Assembly (NCBI GenBank): GCA_023667435.1
Contig: JAMPAB010000002.1
Span: forward strand, 41,180-105,179
Reading direction: 5' to 3'
Length of the DNA stretch: 64,000 nt
Source of the DNA: Corallococcus sp.
GTDB lineage: Bacteria > Bacillota > Clostridia > Christensenellales > CAG-314
Part shown: one piece after another, positions 9,516 through 18,580 of the stretch
Position numbering within the stretch: position 1 is the first letter of the stretch
Layout: every line of letters starts with the position of its first letter
Made by a program: the position numbers and the translations under genes
Notes under the pieces: model-generated
Told to the model about the DNA's origin: nothing
Seen by the model: only the letters and a program-made list of their open reading frames with translations
Databases searched by the model: none

Positions 9516-9573
9516 TTTGCGTCCCCTTTTTTAATTATTGCCGCATAATTTGACGCTTGACGCCGCCGCGACT

Positions 9574-11565
9574 TTACCTCGAAATCGACTGATTGTATTT
9601 TTCCAGAAATTTTACGAAACCGCCGTAGTCGTTACAAATAGGCGTTCCCGTCCACAGCGAAAAGCTTTTTGCGCCCTGATGATACAGCATTTCCAAACCG
9701 TCCACGTACTTGATATTGCGGCGCAGTGCTTGATTTCTTATTCCGCTTTTTCCCTTATACGCCGCGACAAAAGCGAACTTCGTACTTTCGGGCAGGACGA
9801 TATTCTGCTCGAATTCGCATTCGGGCACAAACGACAGCACTCCGTAAGGCGCATCAACCCCCTGTAAACCGTACTTTTCCGTAAGCAACCGCGCTTTTTC
9901 TTCCGTGCGGTTTATGATCTTCATTTTGCAACCGTATTGCTTCAATACGGAAATACATTCTTCGGCTGCTCCGCCCGCGCCTACTATCCACAGAGACTTT
10001 CCGTAAAAATCCACTCCGTTGTTTTCAAGAGCTTGCACCAAACCGTATCCGTCGGTCGATTGCGGAAGGACGTTTTTTCCTACTGTGTTGACGGAAGGCG
10101 ACGCGCCGTTCAACAATTCCGCCACGCGCCGCTTAAACGGCATCGTAACGTTCAATCCGTCGAAGCGGTCGATAACGTTTAACAACTCTGCGTCGGCTAT
10201 ATCGCGCGGAAGCGTTACCGTATCGTAGCTGCAGCAAACGTCGCAACGTTCGGATAAGTACCCCATAAGATAAGGCGACATGCTAAGAGCGACCGACGAA
10301 CCTATAAGTCCCAGTTTTAGCGGACGTATTCCGAACGCTTCCGAAAATTCGGGGAACGACACCGCAAACGGAGTTTCGTCGATAATGCCTCCGCCGCAAA
10401 CAAACGAAATAACCGCCTCGCACATAGCTATGCGGTGATCTCCGAAACTTTTAAACGCAGGATGCTTTGCAACGTTTCCGTCGGATATTACGGTAAGATT
10501 CTCTCCGTCGAAAACCGCGTCGCTGCCGCATTGTTTCGCCATATGGATTATCGCGGATATTCTGTTACATTCCTTGTATTGCAACTCGGAAACGCCGCAA
10601 AACACGTGTCTGCCTTCGATTGTAAAAGCGATAACGGCAAGCAGAGGTATCTCGTCGATTGCGTCGCAAACGTCCGCCGCAGACGCGTACAGCGGCTTCA
10701 AATCGCTTTTGCCTACCGTTATATCGCCTACCGTCTCGCCTAAAACGTGCCTTACGTTTTCGAATCGGATATTTACGCCGCTCCCCGCAAGCACCCGCAA
10801 AAATCCCGCTCGCCGTTCGTTGAGCAATACGTTACGGCAAATCAACGTTCTTTTAGACATAACCGCCGCGCCGATTTGATACGCTACGGACGATATGTCC
10901 GCAGGCAACGTGATATCGAGCGGAGAAACGTCGCTTTTTCGTACCGTTACCGACAAACCGTCGACGACGATATCGGCGTTGAGAGATGCCAGCATAAGCT
11001 CGGTATGATTTCGGGTGGCGATTTTTTCCGTATAAGACGTTTCTCCTTCGGCAAACAGACCCGCAATTAAAACGGCGCTTTTTACCTGCGCCGAATCGAC
11101 TTCGGCGCGTATTGCCGCTCCCGAAAGCTTTCCGCCCAGACTTTCAAACAGAAAACCGTCGCCCGTTGCGAACTTTGCGCCAAGCTTTTCCAACGGCTTC
11201 AAAACGCGGTCCATAGGACGTTTGCAAAGAGACTCGTCTCCGACGAATTTTGCACGAACGCCCAACCCCGCGACGAGTCCCGCGAGCAGTCGCGCTGAGG
11301 TGCCGCTGTTTTTACAGTCTAAAACGACGTTGTCGCAGGGGGATGATATGGGAGTTACTTTCGCTGCGGAACCGTCGATAAATATTTCCGCCCCTAATTT
11401 GCGCAGACATTCGGCTGTGGCAAGCACGTCGTCGCAAACGGAAATGTTGCGTATAACGCTGTTTCCCTTTGCAATGGCGGCAAATATCAGAGCGCGGTGA
11501 GACATAGATTTGTCGCCGCGCGCTACGTTGGTATTTATATCGAATTGTCCGTTTAATCTAAGCAT
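9574..11565 (-). CDS. aroA: fused EPSP synthase (N-terminal ~415 aa) / shikimate dehydrogenase (C-terminal ~245 aa)
   Basis: The N-terminus has GDKSMSHRALIFAA, the AroA KS.SHR motif. The C-terminal part has LGLIGSSVALSMSPYLMGYL, NVTMPFK and VGAGGAA, which are AroE substrate and Rossmann motifs. It is a single uninterrupted 663-aa ORF. Confidence 0.85.
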   Translation of the reverse strand: MLRLNGQFDINTNVARGDKSMSHRALIFAAIAKGNSVIRNISVCDDVLATAECLRKLGAEIFIDGSAAKVTPISSPCDNVVLDCKNSGTSARLLAGLVAGLGVRAKFVGDESLCKRPMDRVLKPLEKLGAKFATGDGFLFESLGGKLSGAAIRAEVDSAQVKSAVLIAGLFAEGETSYTEKIATRNHTELMLASLNADIVVDGLSVTVRKSDVSPLDITLPADISSVAYQIGAAVMSKRTLICRNVLLNERRAGFLRVLAGSGVNIRFENVRHVLGETVGDITVGKSDLKPLYASAADVCDAIDEIPLLAVIAFTIEGRHVFCGVSELQYKECNRISAIIHMAKQCGSDAVFDGENLTVISDGNVAKHPAFKSFGDHRIAMCEAVISFVCGGGIIDETPFAVSFPEFSEAFGIRPLKLGLIGSSVALSMSPYLMGYLSERCDVCCSYDTVTLPRDIADAELLNVIDRFDGLNVTMPFKRRVAELLNGASPSVNTVGKNVLPQSTDGYGLVQALENNGVDFYGKSLWIVGAGGAAEECISVLKQYGCKMKIINRTEEKARLLTEKYGLQGVDAPYGVLSFVPECEFEQNIVLPESTKFAFVAAYKGKSGIRNQALRRNIKYVDGLEMLYHQGAKSFSLWTGTPICNDYGGFVKFLEKYNQSISR

Positions 11566-11587
11566 AGCAGTTTAATATAATCCGCGA

Positions 11588-12490
11588 TTACAGCAACAGG
11601 GATTTTACGACGTCTAACGGCATCTCGGTAAAAGCGAATTCGTGCGGCAATATAAACGCTACTTTGCCGAACGCGTTTTTCTTGTCGTTGACCGTATAAT
11701 TAAGTATTTCCTCCGTCAACGGATAAATTCGGAACTTTTCGGAAATTTCCGATCGCCATTTGCGGCAATAATCCTGCGGACATTTACCCGCCTTAAACGC
11801 CAGCAACGTTTCGTAATATAATCCGTTTGCCACAGCTTTGCCGTGAGAAATACCCAAACAAAGCTCCATCGCGTGTCCTATGGTATGACCGAAATTAAGC
11901 AAACGGCGTTCGTTCGAATCGTACGGATCGCGCTTGCAAATTTCTTCTTTGTACGATACGCACGCTTTGATTACTGCTTCCGTATTATCGACGGGAATCG
12001 CGCTTATTTCCTCCGACAGCATACGGTATTTAATCAGTTCGCCGTATCCGTCGTTAAGCTGTTCCGCATTTAAAGTACGCAAAAAATCGAAGTCTATTAC
12101 CGTATCGGCATTATAAAACGTGCCTACGGCATTCTTTACCCCGTCCAAATCGACGGCGGTTTTTCCGCCTATACTGCTGTCTATTTGCGCAACCAACGTC
12201 GTGGGGACGTGTATAAGCGACGTTCCGCGTTTGTAAATACTTGCGGCAAAACCCGCCGCGTCCCCGATACTGCCGCCGCCTACCGCAACTACGGTGCCGC
12301 TGCGTGGCAATTTCTTTAAGAGAAACCACTTACACAGTTTTTCCGCTTCCGCAAAGCATTTCGCTTTCTCGCCCTGCGGCAGAATGTAAACGTTGTCGCC
12401 CTTTATTCCGTACAAACGAGCTATATTGCCGTCGGTCACTATAAGACAGTCCGAGTATTCGCTTAGAACAAATTTTCTGTACGTTATCAT
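11588..12490 (-). CDS. aroB: 3-dehydroquinate synthase
   Basis: VAVGGGSIGDAAGFAASIYKRGTSLIHVPTTLVAQIDSSIGGKTAVDL is AroB-typical. The start overlaps the aroC stop (ATGA). At 300 aa it is somewhat short. Confidence 0.88.
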   Translation of the reverse strand: MITYRKFVLSEYSDCLIVTDGNIARLYGIKGDNVYILPQGEKAKCFAEAEKLCKWFLLKKLPRSGTVVAVGGGSIGDAAGFAASIYKRGTSLIHVPTTLVAQIDSSIGGKTAVDLDGVKNAVGTFYNADTVIDFDFLRTLNAEQLNDGYGELIKYRMLSEEISAIPVDNTEAVIKACVSYKEEICKRDPYDSNERRLLNFGHTIGHAMELCLGISHGKAVANGLYYETLLAFKAGKCPQDYCRKWRSEISEKFRIYPLTEEILNYTVNDKKNAFGKVAFILPHEFAFTEMPLDVVKSLLL

Positions 12491-13533
12491 CAGGCTTTAC
12501 CTTGCTTAATCAGTTGATTCAACAGCACGTACGCCAAAATATTTTCGGCGATAACTCCGACGTTAGGTACTACGCAGGTATCTGCGCGCTCGTAATGCGC
12601 CTCAGTTTCCTTTAACGTAACGCTGTCATACGTAACTGCGCCTTTTACGGTAGGAACGGGTTTTACGGTCAAACGGCACAGTATATCGCGGCCGTTGGTA
12701 ATACCCGACACTATCCCTCCGCAGTTGTTGGTGGCGTAAACTATTTTACCGTCGTTTACCTCTAATTTGTCGTAACATTCCTTGCCGCTTAAAATTCCGT
12801 ATTTTTCGGCGATTCCGAACGATATTCCTTTAACGGACGGTATTCCCATAAGGTTTGCGGAAATCCGCGCGTCCAACCGTTCCTCATACGGCAAAATCTC
12901 GCCCAACCCCATAGGCACTCCGCAAGCTCCCACCGTCACCGCGCCGCCCAAACTGTCGCCGTTTTCTCTCGCAACGTCTATTTTCTTCATCATGCGTTGC
13001 GTGGCGAGGGGGTCTGCGCAGTGCAGCAATGCAAAATGTTCTTCCTGTTCGGATACTCCGAAACGGTATTTTTTACGCGACGAAACGCCGCCTATGCTTT
13101 CGACGTAATGATACGTAAATATGTTAAAACGTTTTAAATACTGCCTGCAAATTGCTCCCAGCACTACGTAACACACGCTGTTGCGCGCAGACGCAATCTC
13201 GTTGAGCGCGCGAACGCCGCTGTTTTCGAAACGCGCCTGCCCTACGACGTCCGCGTGACCGCTGCGTAAGGCGGTTATCTCGCTTCTTTTTTCCGCGCAA
13301 GCATTGGCGACGAAAAAACGCAGTTCGCCGTTAACCGTTACGGTATCGCCGAATCCGTCGAACGCCGCTTCGTCGCGAAACGTCTGTCTTGAACTGCGTC
13401 CGTAACCCGTTTTTCTTGCGGCAAGCTGTTTGTTTATTTCGGCGACGTCAAACGTAAAGCCGTTCAGAAGTCCTTTGATCACTCCTCCGTATCCTTTTCC
13501 GTGAGACTCGCCGTAAAATTCGAACGTTATCAT
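12490..13533 (-). CDS. aroC: chorismate synthase
   Basis: MITFEFYGESHGKGYGGVIKG... I trimmed the tracked ORF (to 13647) to the internal ATG at 13533. That ATG follows GGAAGGA and lies 2 nt after the upstream gene's TAA. Confidence 0.9.
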   Translation of the reverse strand: MITFEFYGESHGKGYGGVIKGLLNGFTFDVAEINKQLAARKTGYGRSSRQTFRDEAAFDGFGDTVTVNGELRFFVANACAEKRSEITALRSGHADVVGQARFENSGVRALNEIASARNSVCYVVLGAICRQYLKRFNIFTYHYVESIGGVSSRKKYRFGVSEQEEHFALLHCADPLATQRMMKKIDVARENGDSLGGAVTVGACGVPMGLGEILPYEERLDARISANLMGIPSVKGISFGIAEKYGILSGKECYDKLEVNDGKIVYATNNCGGIVSGITNGRDILCRLTVKPVPTVKGAVTYDSVTLKETEAHYERADTCVVPNVGVIAENILAYVLLNQLIKQGKA

Positions 13534-13535
13534 TG

Positions 13536-14933
13536 TTAATCCTTCCACGCATTTGGACAAATACGTTTTTCCTTGAACCAGTCGGTATCTTTCAGTTTGA
13601 TACTGTTGTTGGAAAAGTACATCATGTCCTCGCCGTCGGCGTTGCACGAAAATACTATGTTGCCGTTCATCGATTTAACGGTACCCTTACTGCTCCAACC
13701 CGTATCGCAGTAGAAATCCACCATTGTAGTCACGAACACTTTATCTGTATATTCCGCGACGTTGTCTATAAATTGCTGCGTGGGAAATTGATTTTCGTTG
13801 GCTTTTGTATATTCGCTCGTGCCTGCGCACGTGCAAACGCATACGTACTCGGGCGTAAGCTTTTCCATAAGCGCTTTGGACGACGAAGTTTTACTTCCGT
13901 GATGCCCCGCTTTGTACACCTTGCAGTGAGGCAATTCGTCTTTGTAATATTCTACGAGTTTTGCCTCGCCCTCCGCTTCGAGATCGCCCGAGAAGAAGTA
14001 ATGATTGACCTCTCCGCTGTCCAACGTCTGATTGAGCATTACGCATACGGAGTAATTGTTTTCATCGCTCGTCGTGTTTTCGTAATAATAATTATACAGC
14101 ACTTCCATCTCGACGCTGTCGGACAAAGCGTACGTCCTGCTTGCGCCGTTGGCATTGTTGTAACAATCCAATGCGGAATAGCGCTTCGCTCCGTTGTTTA
14201 CCGCCTGCGCGCGTTTTTCCAAATAGTTACCGTAAAGCGTGTTAGCGCCCTTAGCGGTTGTTACGTTCTGATTAGTCAGAGCGAAATCTATAATCGTTCC
14301 GCATTTGTACTTTTCGAAGATCCCCTGCGCTTTGCTTGTTCCCACAAAACCGGCAATATGGTCCTGATGCGCGTGCGTCGCTATTACGTATTCCAACTTG
14401 CCGTCGGTTACGTAATTGTCGATATATTCCGAGATCGTAGCGGCAGAAGACTGTCTGCTGCCCGCGTCGATTAACACGTCACAATCTCCAGCTTTGATGT
14501 ACACGCTGTCGCCTACGTACTTGTTGCCCAACTCCAAAAAGTGTATGGAAAGTTCCTTTTCCTTTATTACGGATACGTCGTACGTTTCGCTGTTGAACGC
14601 TCCGCCGATAAATCCGTCCTCGCCGTAAATTACGGTATTGTACCAACCGTTAAAATAGCCGAAAATCGCAATCCCTACTATCGCGATAATCAACAGTACC
14701 AACAAAACGCGGAAAAATTTTTTCTGTTTTTTATTGCCTGCTTTAACGGCGCTTTCCGCAGTTGCCGCAACGACGCCTGCTACCGCGTCCTTGTTATCCT
14801 TAAAACTTTTACTCGTATCGTATTTTTTCGCCGCCTTAACTACGCGGTTTACGTTTGTTTTTGCAGAGCTTTTGCCGCTCGACTTCTTTTTCCCCGATGC
14901 GGATTTGCCGCTTGACGACTTCTTTTCTGCCAT
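13536..14933 (-). CDS. membrane-anchored MBL-fold hydrolase of the ComEC-lactamase type
   Basis: ATHAHQDHIAGF (HxHxDH) and YKAGHHGS motifs are present. The N-terminus is a Lys/Ser-rich tail followed by one TM helix. The C-terminal tail NSIKLKDTDWFKEKRICPNAW is shared with the upstream paralogue. Confidence 0.85.
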   Translation of the reverse strand: MAEKKSSSGKSASGKKKSSGKSSAKTNVNRVVKAAKKYDTSKSFKDNKDAVAGVVAATAESAVKAGNKKQKKFFRVLLVLLIIAIVGIAIFGYFNGWYNTVIYGEDGFIGGAFNSETYDVSVIKEKELSIHFLELGNKYVGDSVYIKAGDCDVLIDAGSRQSSAATISEYIDNYVTDGKLEYVIATHAHQDHIAGFVGTSKAQGIFEKYKCGTIIDFALTNQNVTTAKGANTLYGNYLEKRAQAVNNGAKRYSALDCYNNANGASRTYALSDSVEMEVLYNYYYENTTSDENNYSVCVMLNQTLDSGEVNHYFFSGDLEAEGEAKLVEYYKDELPHCKVYKAGHHGSKTSSSKALMEKLTPEYVCVCTCAGTSEYTKANENQFPTQQFIDNVAEYTDKVFVTTMVDFYCDTGWSSKGTVKSMNGNIVFSCNADGEDMMYFSNNSIKLKDTDWFKEKRICPNAWKD

Positions 14934-14942
14934 AAATAGCTT

Positions 14943-14953
14943 CCCCCCCCCCC
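14943..14953 (-). repeat. G11 (C11 on + strand) tract in the SD position of the MBL gene
   Basis: Minus strand reads GAAC-G11-AAGCTATTT-ATG(14933). No other SD-like element lies between the upstream stop (14980) and the ATG. Confidence 0.95.
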
Positions 14954-14979
14954 GTTCTATTTTACGTTCCGTCCGCGCG

Positions 14980-16878
14980 CTACGCCTGACCGTCGCTTTC
15001 TTGTTGATCCCACGCGGCAGGGCAATCGCGGTTAGTCTTAAACCAATCGGTATCTTTCAGTTTGATATTATTATTGGTGCAGTTAAGAGAAATTTCTCCG
15101 TTTACGCACGAGAACACTATATTTCCGTTCATCGACTCGTATCCGTTATTGTACCACTTCTCGCCGCCTTTACCGTCCGACTTCCATATAATCTTTCCGA
15201 GAGTGGTCACGTATACTTTGTCCGTATAGGGCGCTATTCTGTTGATAAATTCCTGCGTGGGGAAGCTGTTCGACAAATCCTGAGGAACGATTTTCAAATA
15301 CTCGACGTTTCCCGCGCAGCAGCAGATACAAACGTATTGCGGTTTGATTTTTTGCAGCAACGTTTCGCTCGAAGACGTAGAGGAACCGTGATGTCCCGCC
15401 TTGTACAGCACTACTTCGGGTAAATTCGGATTAAGCTCGACCAATGACCTTTCGCCGCTCGCTTCCAAATCTCCCGTGAATAAATAGTGATTGCTCCCCT
15501 GAGTAATAAGCGCGCATACGGAATAATTGTTTTCTTCGCTGCTCTTTTCCGTGTAATATTTATGTTCCAGAATTTCCATCGTAACCGAGCCGTCGCCCGT
15601 CAGATCGTAAACTTTCTGCGCGCCGTTTAAACCTTTTACGCAGTCGTTCGCGTTATATACGTTTGCGCCTTCCTCTTTTTCCGCTTCGACCTTTGAGCAG
15701 AAATTCTTATATAAATCGGAGGTTGCGTTAAAGAGAGAAAACTGTATTATATTTTCGCATCTGTATCTGTCCAAAATACCCGGCGTCGAACTCGTTCCTA
15801 CAAAACCGGAAATATGGTCGGTATGGGCGTGCGTCGCAATTACGTACTCCAACACTCCGTCGGTACAATACTTTTTGATATAGTTGTCTATTGTTTTCGC
15901 GCTGCCCGTCGTGCTTCCCGCATCGATAAGAATATCCGTATCTCCCGCCTTAATGTAAATACAGTCGCCCGTGCTTTGATTTTCGAATTCCAAAAAGTGT
16001 ATCGACAAATTACCGTTTGCGATAATTTCGGAAGAACCGTCGATTACAGTAACGTCAACAAAACAGTTTTTCGTTTCTCCTCCGTCCGTATAGCTTACGG
16101 TGACTTTTTGCGAACCCGCAGTCGTCGAGCTGAATCCTCCTACGGAAAAGTTGGTGACGGTTTTGCTCGAACCGTCGCTGTAATACGCGGTAACTGCGAT
16201 ATCGGCGCTCGAAAGTTTTCCTCCTACCTCGATATTGCCTCCGTTGTACGTTGCGGTAATCGAAGTCAAAGTCGGATCTACTACTGAAACGGATTTGACC
16301 GTAACCGCAACGTCCTTTGTTTTGGTAGTTACGCCGTTAGTATAACCGACGGTAACGGTCTTATCGCCGCTTGTAGAAAAATCGTAAGTTAAAGTAAAGT
16401 CCGTAACCGTTTGCGTCGTTCCGTTGTCGTAATTTGCAGTAACGGCAAAGTCGCTTTTATTCAACGTATCGCCGACGTATATCTCTCCGCCGTTATACGT
16501 CGCGGATATAGAAGTCAACGTCGGAGCTATGACGGAAACGGTCTTGACGGTAACCGTAAACGAAGCCGCTTTTGTAACTCCGTTATCGGTATATCTTACT
16601 ACAACCGTTTTGTCTCCGCTTGCAGAGAAGTCGTACGTAAGAGTATACGAAGAAACGTCCTTTTCCGAATTGTCGCTGTATAACGCGGTTACTTTGACGT
16701 TCGATTTGTCCAAAACGTCGCCTACGAACACGTCTTCGCCGTCGTACGTTGCCGTAATCGACGTCAACGACACTTTATTGCAAGCTGCCGCGCAAAGACA
16801 CGCTACGGCAAGCAGAAAGACCAGCAGAGTTATTAACAGCGCGTTTTGCAATGATTTTCTTTTAAACGTTTTCAACAT
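14980..16878 (-). CDS. secreted/anchored MBL-fold hydrolase (ComEC-lactamase type) with four Ig-like repeats
   Basis: N-terminal signal/anchor (LLITLLVFLLAVACLCAAAC). Four ~85-aa units of the type LTSI.ATY.GG.I.VG..L....v.VTA.Y.dG…TVT.FT.. resemble Big_3-like domains. These are followed by ATHAHTDHISGF and YKAGHHGS. Confidence 0.85.
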   Translation of the reverse strand: MLKTFKRKSLQNALLITLLVFLLAVACLCAAACNKVSLTSITATYDGEDVFVGDVLDKSNVKVTALYSDNSEKDVSSYTLTYDFSASGDKTVVVRYTDNGVTKAASFTVTVKTVSVIAPTLTSISATYNGGEIYVGDTLNKSDFAVTANYDNGTTQTVTDFTLTYDFSTSGDKTVTVGYTNGVTTKTKDVAVTVKSVSVVDPTLTSITATYNGGNIEVGGKLSSADIAVTAYYSDGSSKTVTNFSVGGFSSTTAGSQKVTVSYTDGGETKNCFVDVTVIDGSSEIIANGNLSIHFLEFENQSTGDCIYIKAGDTDILIDAGSTTGSAKTIDNYIKKYCTDGVLEYVIATHAHTDHISGFVGTSSTPGILDRYRCENIIQFSLFNATSDLYKNFCSKVEAEKEEGANVYNANDCVKGLNGAQKVYDLTGDGSVTMEILEHKYYTEKSSEENNYSVCALITQGSNHYLFTGDLEASGERSLVELNPNLPEVVLYKAGHHGSSTSSSETLLQKIKPQYVCICCCAGNVEYLKIVPQDLSNSFPTQEFINRIAPYTDKVYVTTLGKIIWKSDGKGGEKWYNNGYESMNGNIVFSCVNGEISLNCTNNNIKLKDTDWFKTNRDCPAAWDQQESDGQA

Positions 16879-16884
16879 AGCACG

Positions 16885-16895
16885 CCCCCCCCCCC
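16885..16895 (-). repeat. G11 (C11 on + strand) tract filling the 20-nt gap between the patatin stop and the MBL start
   Basis: Minus strand reads TAA-CGT-G11-CGTGCT-ATG(16878). The tract is the only SD-like sequence in the gap. Confidence 0.95.
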
Positions 16896-16898
16896 ACG

Positions 16899-17738
16899 TT
16901 AACGTCGGCGTATTTGCAGTAACTCTTTTATTTCGTCCATCTTCGCCATTGCGGCGCGATAGCCTTCTTCAACCATTTCGTCGATATACGACAAACTGGT
17001 ATTTTTGTACTGCGACAGTTCGGGTTCTATCACGATATCGCTGTTGTGATACCCTTTGTACATAGTAGATTTCGTCGTTATATTCCACGTCGCGACAAGC
17101 GTGTCAACCAACTTGCGCGATTGCGTTCCTTTGCCGCGATTGTGATTCAAATCGACGCCGATAACGATTTCCGCGCCCATGCGGCGGCATACGTCGGCAG
17201 GCATATTGTTGAGCAGACCTCCGTCGACAAGCAGCATACCGTCTATTTCCACAGGTTTGAACAATGCCGGTACCGCGCACGATGCAGACACCGCCTGCGA
17301 AACGTTGCCCGAGTTAAGCACCACCTCGCGTCCTTCGGTAATATCCACCGCAACTGCGGCAAACGGCGTCGATAAGTCGTCGAACGTTTTGTCGCATAAC
17401 AGCTTGTCGGCAATTTTCGCTATGTTGGCAGACTCCGAACCGATTACGATGCGCGAATTGAGAACGTCTTTTCTGCGGACGTTTTTTCCTTCCTCTATAA
17501 TGTCGTCAAGAGAAACGCCAGCGCAATACATCGCGCCCATCAAGCTTCCAGCGCTTGTACCCGCAACGCAATCGAATCCGATGCGGTTTTCTTCGAACGC
17601 GCGCAGTACGCCTATATGCGCAAACCCTCTCGTTCCTCCGCCCGATAAGGCAAGTCCAAGTTTGAATTTCAACGGTATTTTGCCGTCGCTATTCAGTTTT
17701 TGTTGTTTACCGAAAATTTTCACTGATATATTATACAA
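16899..17738 (-). CDS. patatin-like phospholipase
   Basis: GLALSGGGTRGFAHIGVL (oxyanion GGG.RG), GTSAGS (nucleophile elbow) and DGG are present. The start is uncertain. The tracked TTG lies inside a TTGCCA-17-TATAAT promoter-like sequence, and a GTG 15 nt downstream has no SD. Confidence 0.8.
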   Translation of the reverse strand: MYNISVKIFGKQQKLNSDGKIPLKFKLGLALSGGGTRGFAHIGVLRAFEENRIGFDCVAGTSAGSLMGAMYCAGVSLDDIIEEGKNVRRKDVLNSRIVIGSESANIAKIADKLLCDKTFDDLSTPFAAVAVDITEGREVVLNSGNVSQAVSASCAVPALFKPVEIDGMLLVDGGLLNNMPADVCRRMGAEIVIGVDLNHNRGKGTQSRKLVDTLVATWNITTKSTMYKGYHNSDIVIEPELSQYKNTSLSYIDEMVEEGYRAAMAKMDEIKELLQIRRR

Positions 17739-17788
17739 TATAAAAACGGTTTTGGCAAGACCGACAATTCAGAATAACCGACTTTAAT

Positions 17789-17824
17789 AAAAAAAAAGAA
17801 TCCGTCGCCTAAGCTTGCGGATTC
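17789..17824 (-). terminator. rho-independent terminator after the 152-aa membrane protein gene
   Basis: GAATCCG (17798-17804) pairs with CGGATTC (17818-17824). On the minus strand it is followed by T9 (17789-17797). Confidence 0.75.
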
Positions 17825-17871
17825 TTTAAAACTGTCAAATAAATATTCGATTGTAAACGCGTTGCGTTCTT

Positions 17872-18330
17872 TTATTCCTGAGCGCTCGCGGAAGGAACTT
17901 CCTCGTTTGCCTTAGCGGCGTTTCTGAGTTGAATTGCGCCCACCAAATACAACACGGGGATAACCAAACCCAACAAAGCGGAGAACCATTGTCCGTAAAT
18001 GATGTCCATTATCGCCCCTATACCGCATACTACGATAACTACAATCGCCGTAATAAAGCAAGCCTTAGAGGACTTCTGCATAACGCCGATTACGCCTGCG
18101 GCAATGTAAGCAGCGGCATCGATAAGGTATACGACGCCCAGAATGATTATCATAAGACGCACAGCCGCTTCTATCGTTGCCGCATCCGCGCCCGAATCTT
18201 CGATCGCGCCGCCGATAATTCCCGAAACAAGGTCTCCCGCCGCGAAGAAAATCAACGCCATAAGGGCAAGAAAAGCGCCGCAGACAATCATTAAAATACT
18301 GGATACTTTAAGTAATTTGTTCTTTTCCAT
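17872..18330 (-). CDS. small polytopic membrane protein (about 4 TM), unknown function
   Basis: AAAGGAG lies 7 nt before the ATG. Four hydrophobic segments. It has its own promoter and terminator. Confidence 0.75.
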   Translation of the reverse strand: MEKNKLLKVSSILMIVCGAFLALMALIFFAAGDLVSGIIGGAIEDSGADAATIEAAVRLMIIILGVVYLIDAAAYIAAGVIGVMQKSSKACFITAIVVIVVCGIGAIMDIIYGQWFSALLGLVIPVLYLVGAIQLRNAAKANEEVPSASAQE

Positions 18331-18366
18331 AACAGTTACTCCTTTTTCTTTTTTAAGATTGTTTTA

Positions 18367-18396
18367 AGTATACCCCCCCCCGTATGCAAAAGTCAA
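18367..18396 (-). promoter_or_regulatory. sigma-A promoter whose spacer contains a G9 tract
   Basis: Minus strand reads TTGACT (18396-18391), then TTTGCATAC + G9 (an 18-nt spacer; G9 = 18381-18373), then TATACT (18372-18367). The ATG at 18330 lies ~37 nt further downstream. Confidence 0.65.
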
Positions 18397-18490
18397 GTAT
18401 TATCGTAAAATTTAAATACATTTTTTCGCTTTTAATCGACAGCGACGGCAAAGCAATCTACGTACAATAACGCTCGCGCTTGCTCGCGGC

Positions 18491-18544
18491 AAATAAAAAA
18501 CAGTCTGCGGTAAAACAGGTTTTTTCCCTAATTGCCGCAAACTG
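18491..18544 (-). terminator. terminator after rubrerythrin
   Basis: On the minus-strand RNA, CAGUUUGCGG pairs with CCGCAGACUG (10 bp including one G-U). The loop is long (24 nt). The hairpin is followed by UUUUUUAUUU. Confidence 0.55.
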
Positions 18545-18580
18545 CTTAAATATGTAAATAATTACGTTGATACGCTCGGA

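Noticed and set aside
12490-13647. N-terminal extensions of tracked ORFs. These are aroC to 13647, LRR lipoprotein to 28230, SDR to 30618, tex from 32474, giant LRR from 37922, HAD to 47592, moxR to 53322, HK to 58720 and ttcA from 19822.
   Set aside because: In every case an internal ATG preceded by a GGAGG-like SD starts the recognisable protein (family N-terminus or lipobox signal peptide). The extension also overlaps the upstream gene, a promoter or a terminator.
16899-17738. The patatin-like phospholipase as a CBASS (CapV-like) or other defence effector.
   Set aside because: No cyclic-nucleotide synthase, SMODS, SAVED or other sensor gene is adjacent. The neighbours are exported MBL hydrolases and the aro operon, so a secreted or housekeeping lipase role is more parsimonious.
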